Positions 7,977-16,860 are shown, numbered from the stretch's first letter. The stretch: 64,000 bases of DNA from a virus (IMGVR_UViG_3300002092_001784:96001-160000), one strand, 5' to 3'. The notes: generated by a model from the letters alone, not told the origin. A program made the numbers and translations.

Positions 7977-8049
7977 GGAGAAGAAGCTAACTTGGTAGAA
8001 GCACTGGTCTGAAAAATCAGAGGAATTGGATCGAAACCAATCTTTTCCA
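7977..8049 (+). tRNA. tRNA-Phe(GAA)
   Basis: ctggt-ctgaaaa-atcag. Confidence 0.9.
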
Positions 8050-8076
8050 CAATCCAAAAAGGATTATATTAAAAAT

Positions 8077-8150
8077 GACTTCGTGGCCAAACTGGATAAG
8101 GCTTCTCACTTTTAATGAGAAAATTGTGAGTTCAAATCTCACCGGAGTCA
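8077..8150 (+). tRNA. tRNA-Lys(TTT)
   Basis: tctca-cttttaa-tgaga. Confidence 0.9.
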
Positions 8151-8249
8151 CTAGGGAACGTGGGTGGTAATCTGACCGGATATAGGATTGGATGGGAAAC
8201 AGACAGGGAGCCTGCTGAAATTCTGTAAAGGGTTGGGAATTTATGTTAT

Positions 8250-8322
8250 GGTTCGGTAGACCAACGGTAGAGTCAGTAGTTTCAAAAGCTATAAAGTGTG
8301 GGTTCGAATCCCACTCGGACTA
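8250..8322 (+). tRNA. tRNA with Leu(CAA) anticodon, short variable arm
   Basis: ggttcgg/tcggact; gtagt-ttcaaaa-gctat; A73. Confidence 0.8.
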
Positions 8323-8338
8323 CATTGGAATACATATT

Positions 8339-8405
8339 CGAACGAAGTGTATTAGCAAAGACGAGAAGTCAATCATTCGTTTGTGACAGGTGTGGAAAGA
8401 CATAC
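8339..8405 (+). ncRNA. GAAAGA-loop small RNA, copy 2
   Basis: cgaacgaa/ttcgtttg then tgacag-gtgtg-gaaaga-catac. Confidence 0.4.
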
Positions 8406-8410
8406 GATAT

Positions 8411-8485
8411 GGTCCGGTAGCCCAATTTGGTAGAGGCAGCAGACTTAAACCCTGCATAGTGAGAGTTCAAATCTCTTTCGGACTA
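8411..8485 (+). tRNA. tRNA with Leu(TAA) anticodon, short variable arm
   Basis: ggtccgg/tcggact; gcag..cttaaac..ctgc; A73. Confidence 0.8.
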
Positions 8486-8495
8486 CAATTATTAA

Positions 8496-8569
8496 CGGCG
8501 AATCGTCTAATTTGGTTAGGACGCAAATCTGATAAGTTTGTAATCCCAGTTCGAAGCTGGGCTCGCCGA
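8496..8569 (+). tRNA. tRNA-Ile(GAT)
   Basis: caaat-ctgataa-gtttg. Confidence 0.88.
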
Positions 8570-8586
8570 CAAACAATAAAAAAAAT

Positions 8587-8678
8587 GGAAGTATAAATCC
8601 CAGATGGACTAAGGGAGCCGGTCTTGAAAACCGTAGGTCGCTAAACACGGCGTGTAAGTTCGAGTCTTACTACTTCCG
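8587..8678 (+). tRNA. tRNA-Ser(TGA)
   Basis: cggt-cttgaaa-accg, long variable arm, G73. Confidence 0.88.
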
Positions 8679-8781
8679 CAGCATGTGTGATATATCACTC
8701 ATTAATGATTAATTTGATTAAAATAAACAACATTATGAAAAAACTATTTGACAAGTATTAGGTTAATTAAAACCTAGTATT

Positions 8782-9003
8782 ATGAAACCGTACAAAAAAT
8801 CAATGATTGCTAAAACTACAACTTGTAGAAAAGAATACAAAGTAGTTACTAACCGTTTTTATAAAGACCCGTATTGGGATGAAGGGCTATACTTTTATCC
8901 AACAATACGAAAGGGTTATAAAAACCCTAACAGACAGATTATGAGTTATCAGATTAGAATGTATCGAACTTGGAAACATAATCGGAAAACTCAATGGAAA
9001 TAA
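8782..9003 (+). CDS. Small basic hypothetical protein inside the tRNA array
   Basis: 73 aa, ends RTWKHNRKTQWK. Confidence 0.55.
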   Translation: MKPYKKSMIAKTTTCRKEYKVVTNRFYKDPYWDEGLYFYPTIRKGYKNPNRQIMSYQIRMYRTWKHNRKTQWK

Positions 9004-9010
9004 ACAATAC

Positions 9011-9092
9011 ACATTCGCTCATTGGCGTGACCAGCCGGCTCCAACCCGGTAATGCGTAAGCGTGGTTGAGGGTTCGAATCCCTACGAATGTG
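9011..9092 (+). tRNA. tRNA-Sec/allo-tRNA-like RNA with CCA anticodon
   Basis: (c)acattcg/cgaatgt(g); D hairpin tcat-tggc-gtga; gccgg-ctccaac-ccggt; long V-arm atgc-gtaa-gcgt; aggg-ttcgaat-ccct. Confidence 0.6.
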
Positions 9093-9098
9093 CACTAT

Positions 9099-9171
9099 AC
9101 GTAAGTAGCTCAATTGGTAGAGTAGTGGTCTCCAAAACCACCGGTTGGGAGTTCGAGTCTCTCCTTACGTG
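9099..9171 (+). tRNA. tRNA-Trp(CCA)
   Basis: gtggt-ctccaaa-accac; G73. Confidence 0.92.
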
Positions 9172-9174
9172 CAT

Positions 9175-9251
9175 GGCCTTATGGTGTAATTGAATAACAC
9201 GCTTCGCTACGGACGAAGAGAGTGAGGGTTTGAATCCTTCTAGGGTCACCA
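9175..9251 (+). tRNA. tRNA-Arg(ACG)
   Basis: cttcg-ctacgga-cgaag; encoded CCA. Confidence 0.9.
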
Positions 9252-9253
9252 AT

Positions 9254-9309
9254 TTAACAATTTCTTAACATTAAAAATTTGGAAATACTGAATAAATGTA
9301 GTATATTTG
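9254..9309 (+). promoter_or_regulatory. Class P promoter
   Basis: ttaaca-atttc-ttaaca...tttgg...tatatttg. Confidence 0.8.
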
Positions 9310-9471
9310 ATTATAAAATTAAGAGATATGACAAAAGTATGGATAGCCGATGTAAACCGAAAAGATGGTAGGAAGCTAGTTTCATTTTGGAACAGTACTT
9401 TGACCGGAACATATTTTATTGAAAAGAATCGTTTTGGTAAACTTTATTCAGTAATCAAACAGTTTTAAGTT

Positions 9472-10892
9472 ATGAAACAGTTAATCGGATTTACCATTAA
9501 GTATTATACATTGTGGAATTATTCAGAAGAGCCGCAATACGTTACGGATGCATATGGTAATCATCATCAAAGTGGTATCAAACAGCATTATGAATACATT
9601 AAGAATGTAAGTTTTGATATTGAAAAGGTGAAGAAACTACACCCCGAACTTTCAATCGATGAAGGGCTTAGGGGTAAGACCAGTAGTTGGTATGATTACA
9701 AAAAGATTGATTTACCTAACAACATTTTTTGGGGTGGTAAATATACCGGTCTATTGATTGATGAAATTCTGGTTAGAGATTTTAAGTATTGCCGATGGGC
9801 TGCATCGAATTACAGTCAGGTGGAAGAATATCTTTCAACCTGTCCGTTTTATTTGGAGCAGATGGGTCAACAACAAAAACGGTTGGATGAACAACTAAAA
9901 TCAGCAGGATTGTTAACCGAAGGTCAGATTGCTACTATTCATTTTACATCAAATGGATATAACGCCAATGATGAATTTACAGAGTGTTGGGCAACTGGTA
10001 TTTATGATTCTATTGGGGTTAAGGTGATGTTTAACGGTGTTAAACGGGTTGGTGGTATGTATCCTTATCTAATGCCATTGGTTAACGGAAAGTGTCAAAA
10101 AACGAAAGGAAAGGCATTTCAAATTGAAGTGGCTGAAGTATTCAATACGAATGTTTACAAAGATACAATTACTCAACAGATACGAATTAAATAAAGTTAT
10201 GACAAAAGAAGAAATTGAATTAGTTAATAGTAAGTGTCCTTATGAGCAGGGTATATTTGTTGAACCATGGGCGATTCCAATCCATATCAAAGAACCTGTA
10301 ATTTATTGTAGATATGAAACTGGTGGGTATCGTGGTGGCGGTTATTGGAATGATGGTGAACCTACATATTATGAAGAAGATGCACCTGATGACAAGTTCA
10401 AAGTATTGGATTTGGTATTGGAAATTCTGAAACCAAATATATCATATTTACAGTATAAAAAAATAGAAAATATGATACACGACAATTACGAAACCGAATA
10501 TGAATATTACGGTAATTCTACAAATTGGAAAGTTGAATACATTATTTTATCTGAATTGGAGAAATTCTTAGAAAATTGTTAACAATATGAACATAGACGA
10601 ATACAAAGAACTTGAAGATGAATTGTTGTCAAAACATCGGTTTGAATTACATAAGTTGCGTTCGGATTATGTTGCCAATAATAAAAAATACAGTATTGGC
10701 GACTTTGTTTATAATGTAACTGGAATTATTCGGGTCGATAGTGTAGGTTATAGGTTGTTCTTGGGTGGTATTGAGATTGTTTATACCGGATACCGATATA
10801 AGAAACAAAATGGACAAATCAGTAGAACAAAGGATAAGCTAATGGCAACTTTATGGGAAAGTCATAAACTTAAATTGTTAACAATTTCTTAA
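9472..10892 (+). other. Three hypothetical CDSs (9472-10194, about 10198-10582, 10587-10892)
   Basis: Tightly packed ORFs, several with AAGTT-ATG starts. Confidence 0.65.
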
Positions 10893-10933
10893 CATCAAAA
10901 GTTTGGAAATCCAAAATAAATGTAGTATATTTG
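10878..10933 (+). promoter_or_regulatory. Class P promoter
   Basis: Same architecture and 56-bp span. Confidence 0.8.
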
Positions 10934-10959
10934 AATATAATCATTAAGAGATATACATT

Positions 10960-11556
10960 ATGAAACCTTCGAAAATTACAGTTCAGATTAACGGTGTTAA
11001 ACTTCAACTTCCAGAAACGGCTATTAAAAAAACGAATTGGAAGGGTGAACCGATTACTCCTTATATTGAGATTGGACAAGTAGAAACCGCTTCCCTTTCT
11101 AAACAGTATGTTAAACTAAAATATCCGAACGTATCCGTTTCAGCAAGTTCAGATTCATATTCCGGTGGGTGTAGTTGTAATGTGTATCTTTCCGATGAAT
11201 ATGGGTTTCCGGTATCGAAAACGATTCTTAACGATGTTCAGAAGTTTGCATATCAGTTTCAATCGGGTCACTTCGATGGTATGACCGATAGTTACAATTA
11301 CAATGAAGTTGACCCTACTTCGGATAACGGAACTCGTCTTTCAACTGGATGTAGTTATGTGTTTGTTAACAACCGACCAAAGTTTGGTTCGGGTCCTGAT
11401 ATTATCCGTTCCATTAGAGAACATATGGAAGGTAAGTATAACTGTGGTGTTACCACATTTGAAGTGGCTAAAACACAAACCGCTAGGTATCACAAACCGG
11501 CCGCTATTGAAAGGGCTTTGAAAGGTGTTGATTTGAAAAAGGCATTGAAATTTTAA
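10960..11556 (+). CDS. LPD29-like (large polyvalent protein-associated domain) protein
   Basis: VSASSDSYSGGCSCNVY...FQSGHFDGMTDSYNY...YVFVN pattern. Confidence 0.55.
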   Translation: MKPSKITVQINGVKLQLPETAIKKTNWKGEPITPYIEIGQVETASLSKQYVKLKYPNVSVSASSDSYSGGCSCNVYLSDEYGFPVSKTILNDVQKFAYQFQSGHFDGMTDSYNYNEVDPTSDNGTRLSTGCSYVFVNNRPKFGSGPDIIRSIREHMEGKYNCGVTTFEVAKTQTARYHKPAAIERALKGVDLKKALKF

Positions 11557-11571
11557 TATATAAACAAAGTT

Positions 11572-11829
11572 ATGAAAAAATTGTATGAACCAAAAATTGG
11601 TAGTATTGTCAGACATACTGGATTTCAACAAAATCCAAAAGAATACCCTTGTGATGTGTATATTGTTAGTGGGCAGTTTTTCTCGAATGGTAGATTATCT
11701 AATTTCTGGGAGTGGCGTAGGGTTTTAGATGGTAACCAGCTGGGTGATATTGAAAAGGGGTATGGCGATTTTGAGGAAACTGAAAATAAATATGAAATTA
11801 ATCATACAGTTAGTATAGTTAAAACATAA
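11572..11829 (+). CDS. Hypothetical protein
   Basis: ORF with AAGTT-ATG start. Confidence 0.6.
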   Translation: MKKLYEPKIGSIVRHTGFQQNPKEYPCDVYIVSGQFFSNGRLSNFWEWRRVLDGNQLGDIEKGYGDFEETENKYEINHTVSIVKT

Positions 11830-11838
11830 ATAATAATT

Positions 11839-11909
11839 GTCACACAAATCAAATGGATTGGTGCTTGTCTGCAAAATAAGATTAGTGAGTTCGATTCTCA
11901 CGTGTGACT
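11839..11909 (+). tRNA. tRNA-Cys(GCA)
   Basis: cttgt-ctgcaaa-ataag; U73. Confidence 0.85.
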
Positions 11910-11914
11910 CATAT

Positions 11915-11988
11915 GGTGTCTATGGTGTTAATGGTAGCATGACAGATTGTGGTTCTGTGGGTGAGAGGTTCGAATCCTCCTAGACACA
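11915..11988 (+). tRNA. tRNA-His(GTG)
   Basis: G-1, acaga-ttgtggt-tctgt; discriminator reads A rather than C. Confidence 0.85.
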
Positions 11989-11999
11989 CTTAAAAAAAT

Positions 12000-12048
12000 T
12001 ATAAGGCTAGAACCTTATAATCGCATATTATAAGGCTAGAACCTTATA
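12000..12048 (+). repeat. Direct repeat of a 20-bp hairpin-forming unit (tataaggctagaaccttata x2)
   Basis: Copies at 12000-12019 and 12029-12048. Confidence 0.85.
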
Positions 12049-12055
12049 TTTTTAT

Positions 12056-12141
12056 GGAGAGTGAAGTAGCAAGGTCTGTTACCACCGCCTGCTAAGCGGA
12101 TGGCTCTGAAAATGGGTACGTTTCGAATACGTCGTTCTCCG
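12056..12141 (+). tRNA. tRNA-Ser(GCT)
   Basis: ccgc-ctgctaa-gcgg, long V-arm, G73. Confidence 0.85.
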
Positions 12142-12154
12142 CATTTATTAACTC

Positions 12155-12228
12155 GGTTCGGTAGACCAATTGGTAGAGTCAACGGCTTTAGACACCGTCC
12201 AGTGTGGGTTCGAATCCCACTCGAACTA
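12155..12228 (+). tRNA. tRNA with Leu(TAG) anticodon, short variable arm
   Basis: ggttcgg/tcgaact; acgg..tttagac..ccgt; body nearly identical to 8250. Confidence 0.8.
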
Positions 12229-12241
12229 CAAAAAGATATTT

Positions 12242-12895
12242 ATGAAATTAGTTTTAGAAAAAGGACAAAGGTTATACTTCACCTCGGATTCACACTACGG
12301 TCATCACAACATCTGTTCTGCAACTACAAAATGGGTAGATGCAGAAGATATGACTCGGGATTTCGAATCGTTGGACAGTATGAATGATATGTTGGTAGAC
12401 AATATCAATAAGTTGGTTGGTGAAAATGATATTCTATTTCATTTAGGTGACTGGTCTTTTGGTGGATTTGATAACATCAGAAAATTCAGAGAGAGGATTG
12501 CTTGTAAGAACATTCATTTGGTACTTGGTAACCATGACCACCATATCGCTAATAACAAAGATGGTGTTCAATCTCTTTTCAGTTCGGTAAACAATTATGT
12601 GTTTCTGGATGTGAGAGTACCGATTAACAAAAACCATAATGACAGACACGCATTTGTATTGTGTCACTTTCCGATTGCAAGTTGGGATAGTATGAACACA
12701 GGAGTACTGCATTTGCATGGACACACTCACCTACCTCCGCATTTAAGAATTGCCGCAGGTAGGGCAATGGACATTGGTATGGATGGGAACGGATTAGAAC
12801 CGATTGAATACACAGAGGTTGTAAACCTATTGAAAGATAGACCAATCCGAAAGTTGAGTTTACCGACGGACCACCATGAAAAAAGATTGATTTAA
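12242..12895 (+). CDS. Calcineurin-like metallophosphoesterase
   Basis: FTSDSHYGH, HLGD, LGNHD, HGHTH motifs; start moved to ATG 12242 because the longer ORF overlaps a tRNA. Confidence 0.88.
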   Translation: MKLVLEKGQRLYFTSDSHYGHHNICSATTKWVDAEDMTRDFESLDSMNDMLVDNINKLVGENDILFHLGDWSFGGFDNIRKFRERIACKNIHLVLGNHDHHIANNKDGVQSLFSSVNNYVFLDVRVPINKNHNDRHAFVLCHFPIASWDSMNTGVLHLHGHTHLPPHLRIAAGRAMDIGMDGNGLEPIEYTEVVNLLKDRPIRKLSLPTDHHEKRLI

Positions 12896-13127
12896 TTTGG
12901 TAATATGAAATATTTTTTGTATATTTGTAAAAAATAAATAAGTTATGAAAGAATTAAGGATTTATGAATTTCAAGCAAAGCAAATCGAGGATACATTTCG
13001 TTTGATTGCCCGATTATTAAAATCGCAAGATAAATTAACATCTCTTGATAGAGATGTGATGCAGAGTTGGGGAATGATTGAAAATGTATTGAATGGCAAT
13101 ATCAATGAACAGGTAAAACGATAAGTT

Positions 13128-13568
13128 ATGACAGGTAAAGAATTGGGAGCATTACTATTTGGTATTCATCATCACGACGAACGAAGTGAAAAGATAATCT
13201 ACTTTGAAGAAGATTTATTACCAATACTTCTTGCCGCAGGATTGCCCCAACCGGAGTGGGGTGGCAGTATGGATTTGGATCAATATAGTGAATTGGAATC
13301 GGAACGATGGTTACGAGAAGCTGAACAACGAAAAGAAGAAAGAGAACGATTGAATCTATTTGTTACAGGTGATAGAGTTGTGATTGATACTACTGATTTA
13401 CAATATTTTCCATGGAAATACGAAAAGTATATTGGTGTGGTTGGGGTGGTATATTCTACTGCAATGGGTGGTGAGCAAGGAATTGGTCCGTTTCAAGAGA
13501 TTAGAGTTGACTTTAACGGAACTATAACAGAATCATTACTAAGCATATATTTTAAGCATACAATCTAA
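13128..13568 (+). CDS. Hypothetical protein
   Basis: ORF with AAGTT-ATG start. Confidence 0.6.
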   Translation: MTGKELGALLFGIHHHDERSEKIIYFEEDLLPILLAAGLPQPEWGGSMDLDQYSELESERWLREAEQRKEERERLNLFVTGDRVVIDTTDLQYFPWKYEKYIGVVGVVYSTAMGGEQGIGPFQEIRVDFNGTITESLLSIYFKHTI

Positions 13569-13570
13569 AT

Positions 13571-14131
13571 ATGAAAATTTTATTCCTTGACCACGATGGA
13601 GTAATTTGTTTGTCCCCACAGTGGGGAGGTCGTTTCAAAAACAAAGAAGGACTTGATTTGATGTTTGACAGATTTGATGATAAAGCAGTAAAGGTACTGA
13701 ATAAAATCATTGAAGAAACCGATTGCGAAATTGTGGTATCATCCGATTGGAGATTGTTCGCTACATTAGAGCAAATGCAAGAATTGTATCTTATCCGTGG
13801 TATCTTAAAATCACCGATTGATTATACACCACTAACCGCAGATACTGATGTAATACCTGATGGGTTTACATTTGATAGGTGGGAATGGGAAGTACAGCAA
13901 AGTAGGTGTTTTGAGATTAAAACTTGGTTAAAACGCCATACTGAAATTACGAATTGGGTGGCAGTTGATGATATGAATATGAGTTCAGATTATAAGTTTG
14001 AATACGATTCACATAAGCAGTTGTGGGGGTTGGATAATTTTGTAAGGACACCGATTTCAAATCAAGGAATTAAACAAACCGGAATTAAGGATAAAATTGT
14101 TAAAATACTTAATCAAACTCAAAATATGTAA
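13571..14131 (+). CDS. HAD-superfamily phosphatase (Swiss-army-knife RNA-repair-like HAD_SAK_2)
   Basis: ILFLDHDGVI, IVVSSDWR, WVAVDD. Confidence 0.75.
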   Translation: MKILFLDHDGVICLSPQWGGRFKNKEGLDLMFDRFDDKAVKVLNKIIEETDCEIVVSSDWRLFATLEQMQELYLIRGILKSPIDYTPLTADTDVIPDGFTFDRWEWEVQQSRCFEIKTWLKRHTEITNWVAVDDMNMSSDYKFEYDSHKQLWGLDNFVRTPISNQGIKQTGIKDKIVKILNQTQNM

Positions 14132-14193
14132 TAATTTAACGGAACTTTATTATTGGTTGGTATATTTATAGGTGTAATAAAATACCTATAAAG

Positions 14194-15276
14194 ATGAAAA
14201 AACCCAAAGTTCTGTTTATTCTTAAAAAAAGACAAGATTACGGTGAACCACACCCAGCGCATATTGGGTTGAGTACTGGTTTATATAATTCGGCAACATT
14301 TGTTAACGATATGCTAAATGATGCAGGAATCCATTCACATATTGAAGTGGTAGTTGACAATAATGATATAGATAGAGAAGTTACTAAACACAAACCAACT
14401 CATGTTATTATTGAGGCGTTGTGGGTAGTACCATCTAAATTTGATGTGTTGTGTAAATTACACCCAACTGTAAATTGGATTATAAGGCTTCATAGTGAAC
14501 TTCCATTTTTAGCAAATGAAGGAAACGCTATGGATTGGATTGGATGTTATATACAGCATAGAAACGTACATATTGCAGTAAATGCCCCACGTACTATGAA
14601 TGATATTAAACATTATCTTCGTATCAAGATGGGCTGGTTAAATAATATGGTGAATAAGAAAGTAATTTATTTACCAAATTTTTATCCTCAGAAGTACAAA
14701 GTAAAGAAATTCAATGTGAATGATGATACTATTGATATTTCTTGTTTTGGGGCAGTTAGACCGTTTAAGAATCATCTTAATCAGGCTATGGCAGCAATTA
14801 AGTTTGCTGACAAGATTGGTAAGAAGTTGAGATTTCATATCAATACCGGTCGTTTTGAAATGAAAGGTGTATCAGTCTATACTAATTTGGTTGGATTGTT
14901 TGATCACCTATCAGATAGAGGACATAAGTTAATTAACCATGAGTGGACACACCATGATGAATTTTTGAAAATCTGTTCTCAAATGGATATTGCAATGCAA
15001 TGTTCATTTTCTGAAACTTTTAATATAGTTGCCGCAGATGAGATTTCTCAGGGAGTACCATTGGTAGCATCTAAAGAGATAGTTTGGTCGAGTTCTTTGT
15101 TTAATGCAAATCCAACAGATACGAAGTCTATTACCAATGCATTGATGCTGACATATAAGATGCCGTGTTTGAATGTAAAATGGAATAAACTTGGTTTAAC
15201 AACTTATACAAATAAGACTCGGAAAATATGGGTTGATTATTTCAAAAAACAAAACCCATTCATTCTTAACAAATAA
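14194..15276 (+). CDS. GT-B fold glycosyltransferase (GT4-like)
   Basis: ISCFGAVRPFKN, MQCSFSETFNIVAADEISQGVPLV. Confidence 0.75.
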   Translation: MKKPKVLFILKKRQDYGEPHPAHIGLSTGLYNSATFVNDMLNDAGIHSHIEVVVDNNDIDREVTKHKPTHVIIEALWVVPSKFDVLCKLHPTVNWIIRLHSELPFLANEGNAMDWIGCYIQHRNVHIAVNAPRTMNDIKHYLRIKMGWLNNMVNKKVIYLPNFYPQKYKVKKFNVNDDTIDISCFGAVRPFKNHLNQAMAAIKFADKIGKKLRFHINTGRFEMKGVSVYTNLVGLFDHLSDRGHKLINHEWTHHDEFLKICSQMDIAMQCSFSETFNIVAADEISQGVPLVASKEIVWSSSLFNANPTDTKSITNALMLTYKMPCLNVKWNKLGLTTYTNKTRKIWVDYFKKQNPFILNK

Positions 15277-15312
15277 AATAGTGATTTTTTAATTTTTGAA
15301 TACTTATATACG

Positions 15313-15417
15313 ATGAAGAACACAATAAACACATACCCGCAACCTAGTAGACCAACAACCGTTGGGACAGGAAGAGGTACGCAAAATTACATAGTTCGGA
15401 ATCGCAAATTAGATTAA
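15313..15417 (+). CDS. Putative leader peptide (34 aa, MKNTINTYPQPSRPTTVGTGRGTQNYIVRNRKLD)
   Basis: Short ORF after TACTTATA and upstream of a terminator, boxA and a tRNA array. Confidence 0.55.
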   Translation: MKNTINTYPQPSRPTTVGTGRGTQNYIVRNRKLD

Positions 15418-15440
15418 ATAAAAAACATTCATATAATTTG

Positions 15441-15480
15441 AAAAATCCGAGCTAAACATAAAGAGTTCGGATTTTTTATT
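15441..15480 (+). terminator. Intrinsic terminator (attenuator 2), followed by boxA-like GTTCTTTGG at 15500
   Basis: aaaaatccgagct/agttcggattttt plus U-tract. Confidence 0.8.
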
Positions 15481-15580
15481 TTAAGATATTAACACCATCG
15501 TTCTTTGGCATAACGGAGAAAAATAATTATGGAACAAGGCATTATTATCGATATAGATATAATGGTGAATAGTGTTATAT

Positions 15581-15653
15581 GGCCCTATGATGTAATGGAT
15601 TAGCATCAGTCCCTTCTAAGGATTTCGTTAGCGTTCGAATCGCTATGGGGCTA
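15581..15653 (+). tRNA. tRNA-Arg(TCT)
   Basis: agtcc-cttctaa-ggatt. Confidence 0.9.
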
Positions 15654-15688
15654 CTAAGTTATTAAGTGTAAACTAAAAAACAGAAATT

Positions 15689-16120
15689 ATGAAATTATTA
15701 AAAATAGTATTGATATGTATATTACTATCGCTAATACCTGTTCAGTTTAAGGCTGATATTGCAGATTTGGTTGTGTTTGAAAATATATTAAAGAAAGAAC
15801 AGAAACCTCGTATTGTAACAGTAACAACATATACTGTGAATCGTAAAAAGTATACCGCTAGTGGATTTGAGGTAACTCCGGATAATCCGGCAGCAGAACG
15901 AATTATCGCAATTAGTAGGGATTTGAAGAAACGATTTGAATATGGTGAGCGTGTACTGGTTACTGGTATTGGAGAATATAGTGGGGTTTATATTATAAGG
16001 GATTTGATGGGTAAAAAGTGGAAGAACCGAATAGATATTCTAATTGATCCGGAAGATGAACATACAAAATTGTTTAATGCAAGATTGTATCGAATGGATG
16101 CTGAAGATTCAGAAAAGTAA
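15689..16120 (+). CDS. Exported 3D-domain (double-psi beta-barrel, lytic-transglycosylase-like) protein
   Basis: Signal peptide; TVTTY...TASG...IAISRD...RDLMG...RIDIL. Confidence 0.7.
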   Translation: MKLLKIVLICILLSLIPVQFKADIADLVVFENILKKEQKPRIVTVTTYTVNRKKYTASGFEVTPDNPAAERIIAISRDLKKRFEYGERVLVTGIGEYSGVYIIRDLMGKKWKNRIDILIDPEDEHTKLFNARLYRMDAEDSEK

Positions 16121-16128
16121 AAGTATAT

Positions 16129-16201
16129 AGCGAGTGAGGTGTAATGATTTTGCATACCGCATTTGGGATGCGGGGGAGGAGTTTGATTCTCACACTTGCT
16201 A
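16129..16201 (+). tRNA. tRNA-Pro(TGG)
   Basis: ccgca-tttggga-tgcgg; weak T-stem. Confidence 0.8.
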
Positions 16202-16229
16202 CAAAAAAATAAAAACGAAGTAGTTATAT

Positions 16230-16589
16230 ATGGAAAAACTAACATATAAAACCGATGGGGACATGAGTGAATACTTCGAAAGATTATCCGATATAATCAA
16301 AAAAGGGAAAACACAGGAAGAAGTGGTATCAATGATTCTTAATGTGGTAAACGCCAAGAAAAAGTTGGTGAAGTATAAAGGTGGCAAATGTGAATTATGC
16401 GGATACAATCGAAGTATAAATGCATTACATTTTCATACTCGTAACAAAGATGGTAAAGATTATATCATAAGTGGCAAAACTTTATCAATGGATACTCTTA
16501 AAAAGGATGTGGATAAATATGTATTGGTTTGTTCAAATTGCAGAGTAGAAATAAATGAAGGAATTGTTGATATTAGTTTGGAAAGTTGA
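16230..16589 (+). CDS. HNH-like Zn-finger protein, catalytic residues apparently degenerate
   Basis: YKGGKCELCGY...LHFHTRN...LVCSNCRVEIN. Confidence 0.6.
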   Translation: MEKLTYKTDGDMSEYFERLSDIIKKGKTQEEVVSMILNVVNAKKKLVKYKGGKCELCGYNRSINALHFHTRNKDGKDYIISGKTLSMDTLKKDVDKYVLVCSNCRVEINEGIVDISLES

Positions 16590-16623
16590 AATATTTTTCG
16601 TATCTTTGTAAAATTAAATAAAC

Positions 16624-16708
16624 GCCTCTATCGTATAGTGGTCGATTACAGCTGATTTGTAATCAGCATTTCGAAAGAAACTCGTCGGTTCGAATCCGGC
16701 TAGGGGCT
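16624..16708 (+). tRNA. tRNA-Thr(TGT) with long variable arm
   Basis: gctga-tttgtaa-tcagc; V-arm tttc-gaaa-gaaa. Confidence 0.85.
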
Positions 16709-16784
16709 CGGGGTAACTCATATTGAGAACCCGTTCCGATAACATACCCAGAGTGGTTACTTAAACGAAGTGTTATCAAATATT

Positions 16785-16860
16785 GCGAATGTAGCTCAAT
16801 TGGTAGAGTACGGCGTTGCCAACGCTGAGGTTGTGAGATCGTAGCTCATCATTCGCTCCA
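16785..16860 (+). tRNA. tRNA-Gly(GCC)
   Basis: cggcg-ttgccaa-cgctg; encoded CCA. Confidence 0.92.

Noticed and set aside
8154-8245. Possible small RNA between the Lys and Leu tRNAs
   Set aside because: Only short hairpins (ggt..acc, cagg/cctg); insufficient support
4965-8648. Short ORFs at 4965, 6628, 7854, 8390, 8445 and also 12100
   Set aside because: They overlap tRNAs or the GOLLD-like RNA
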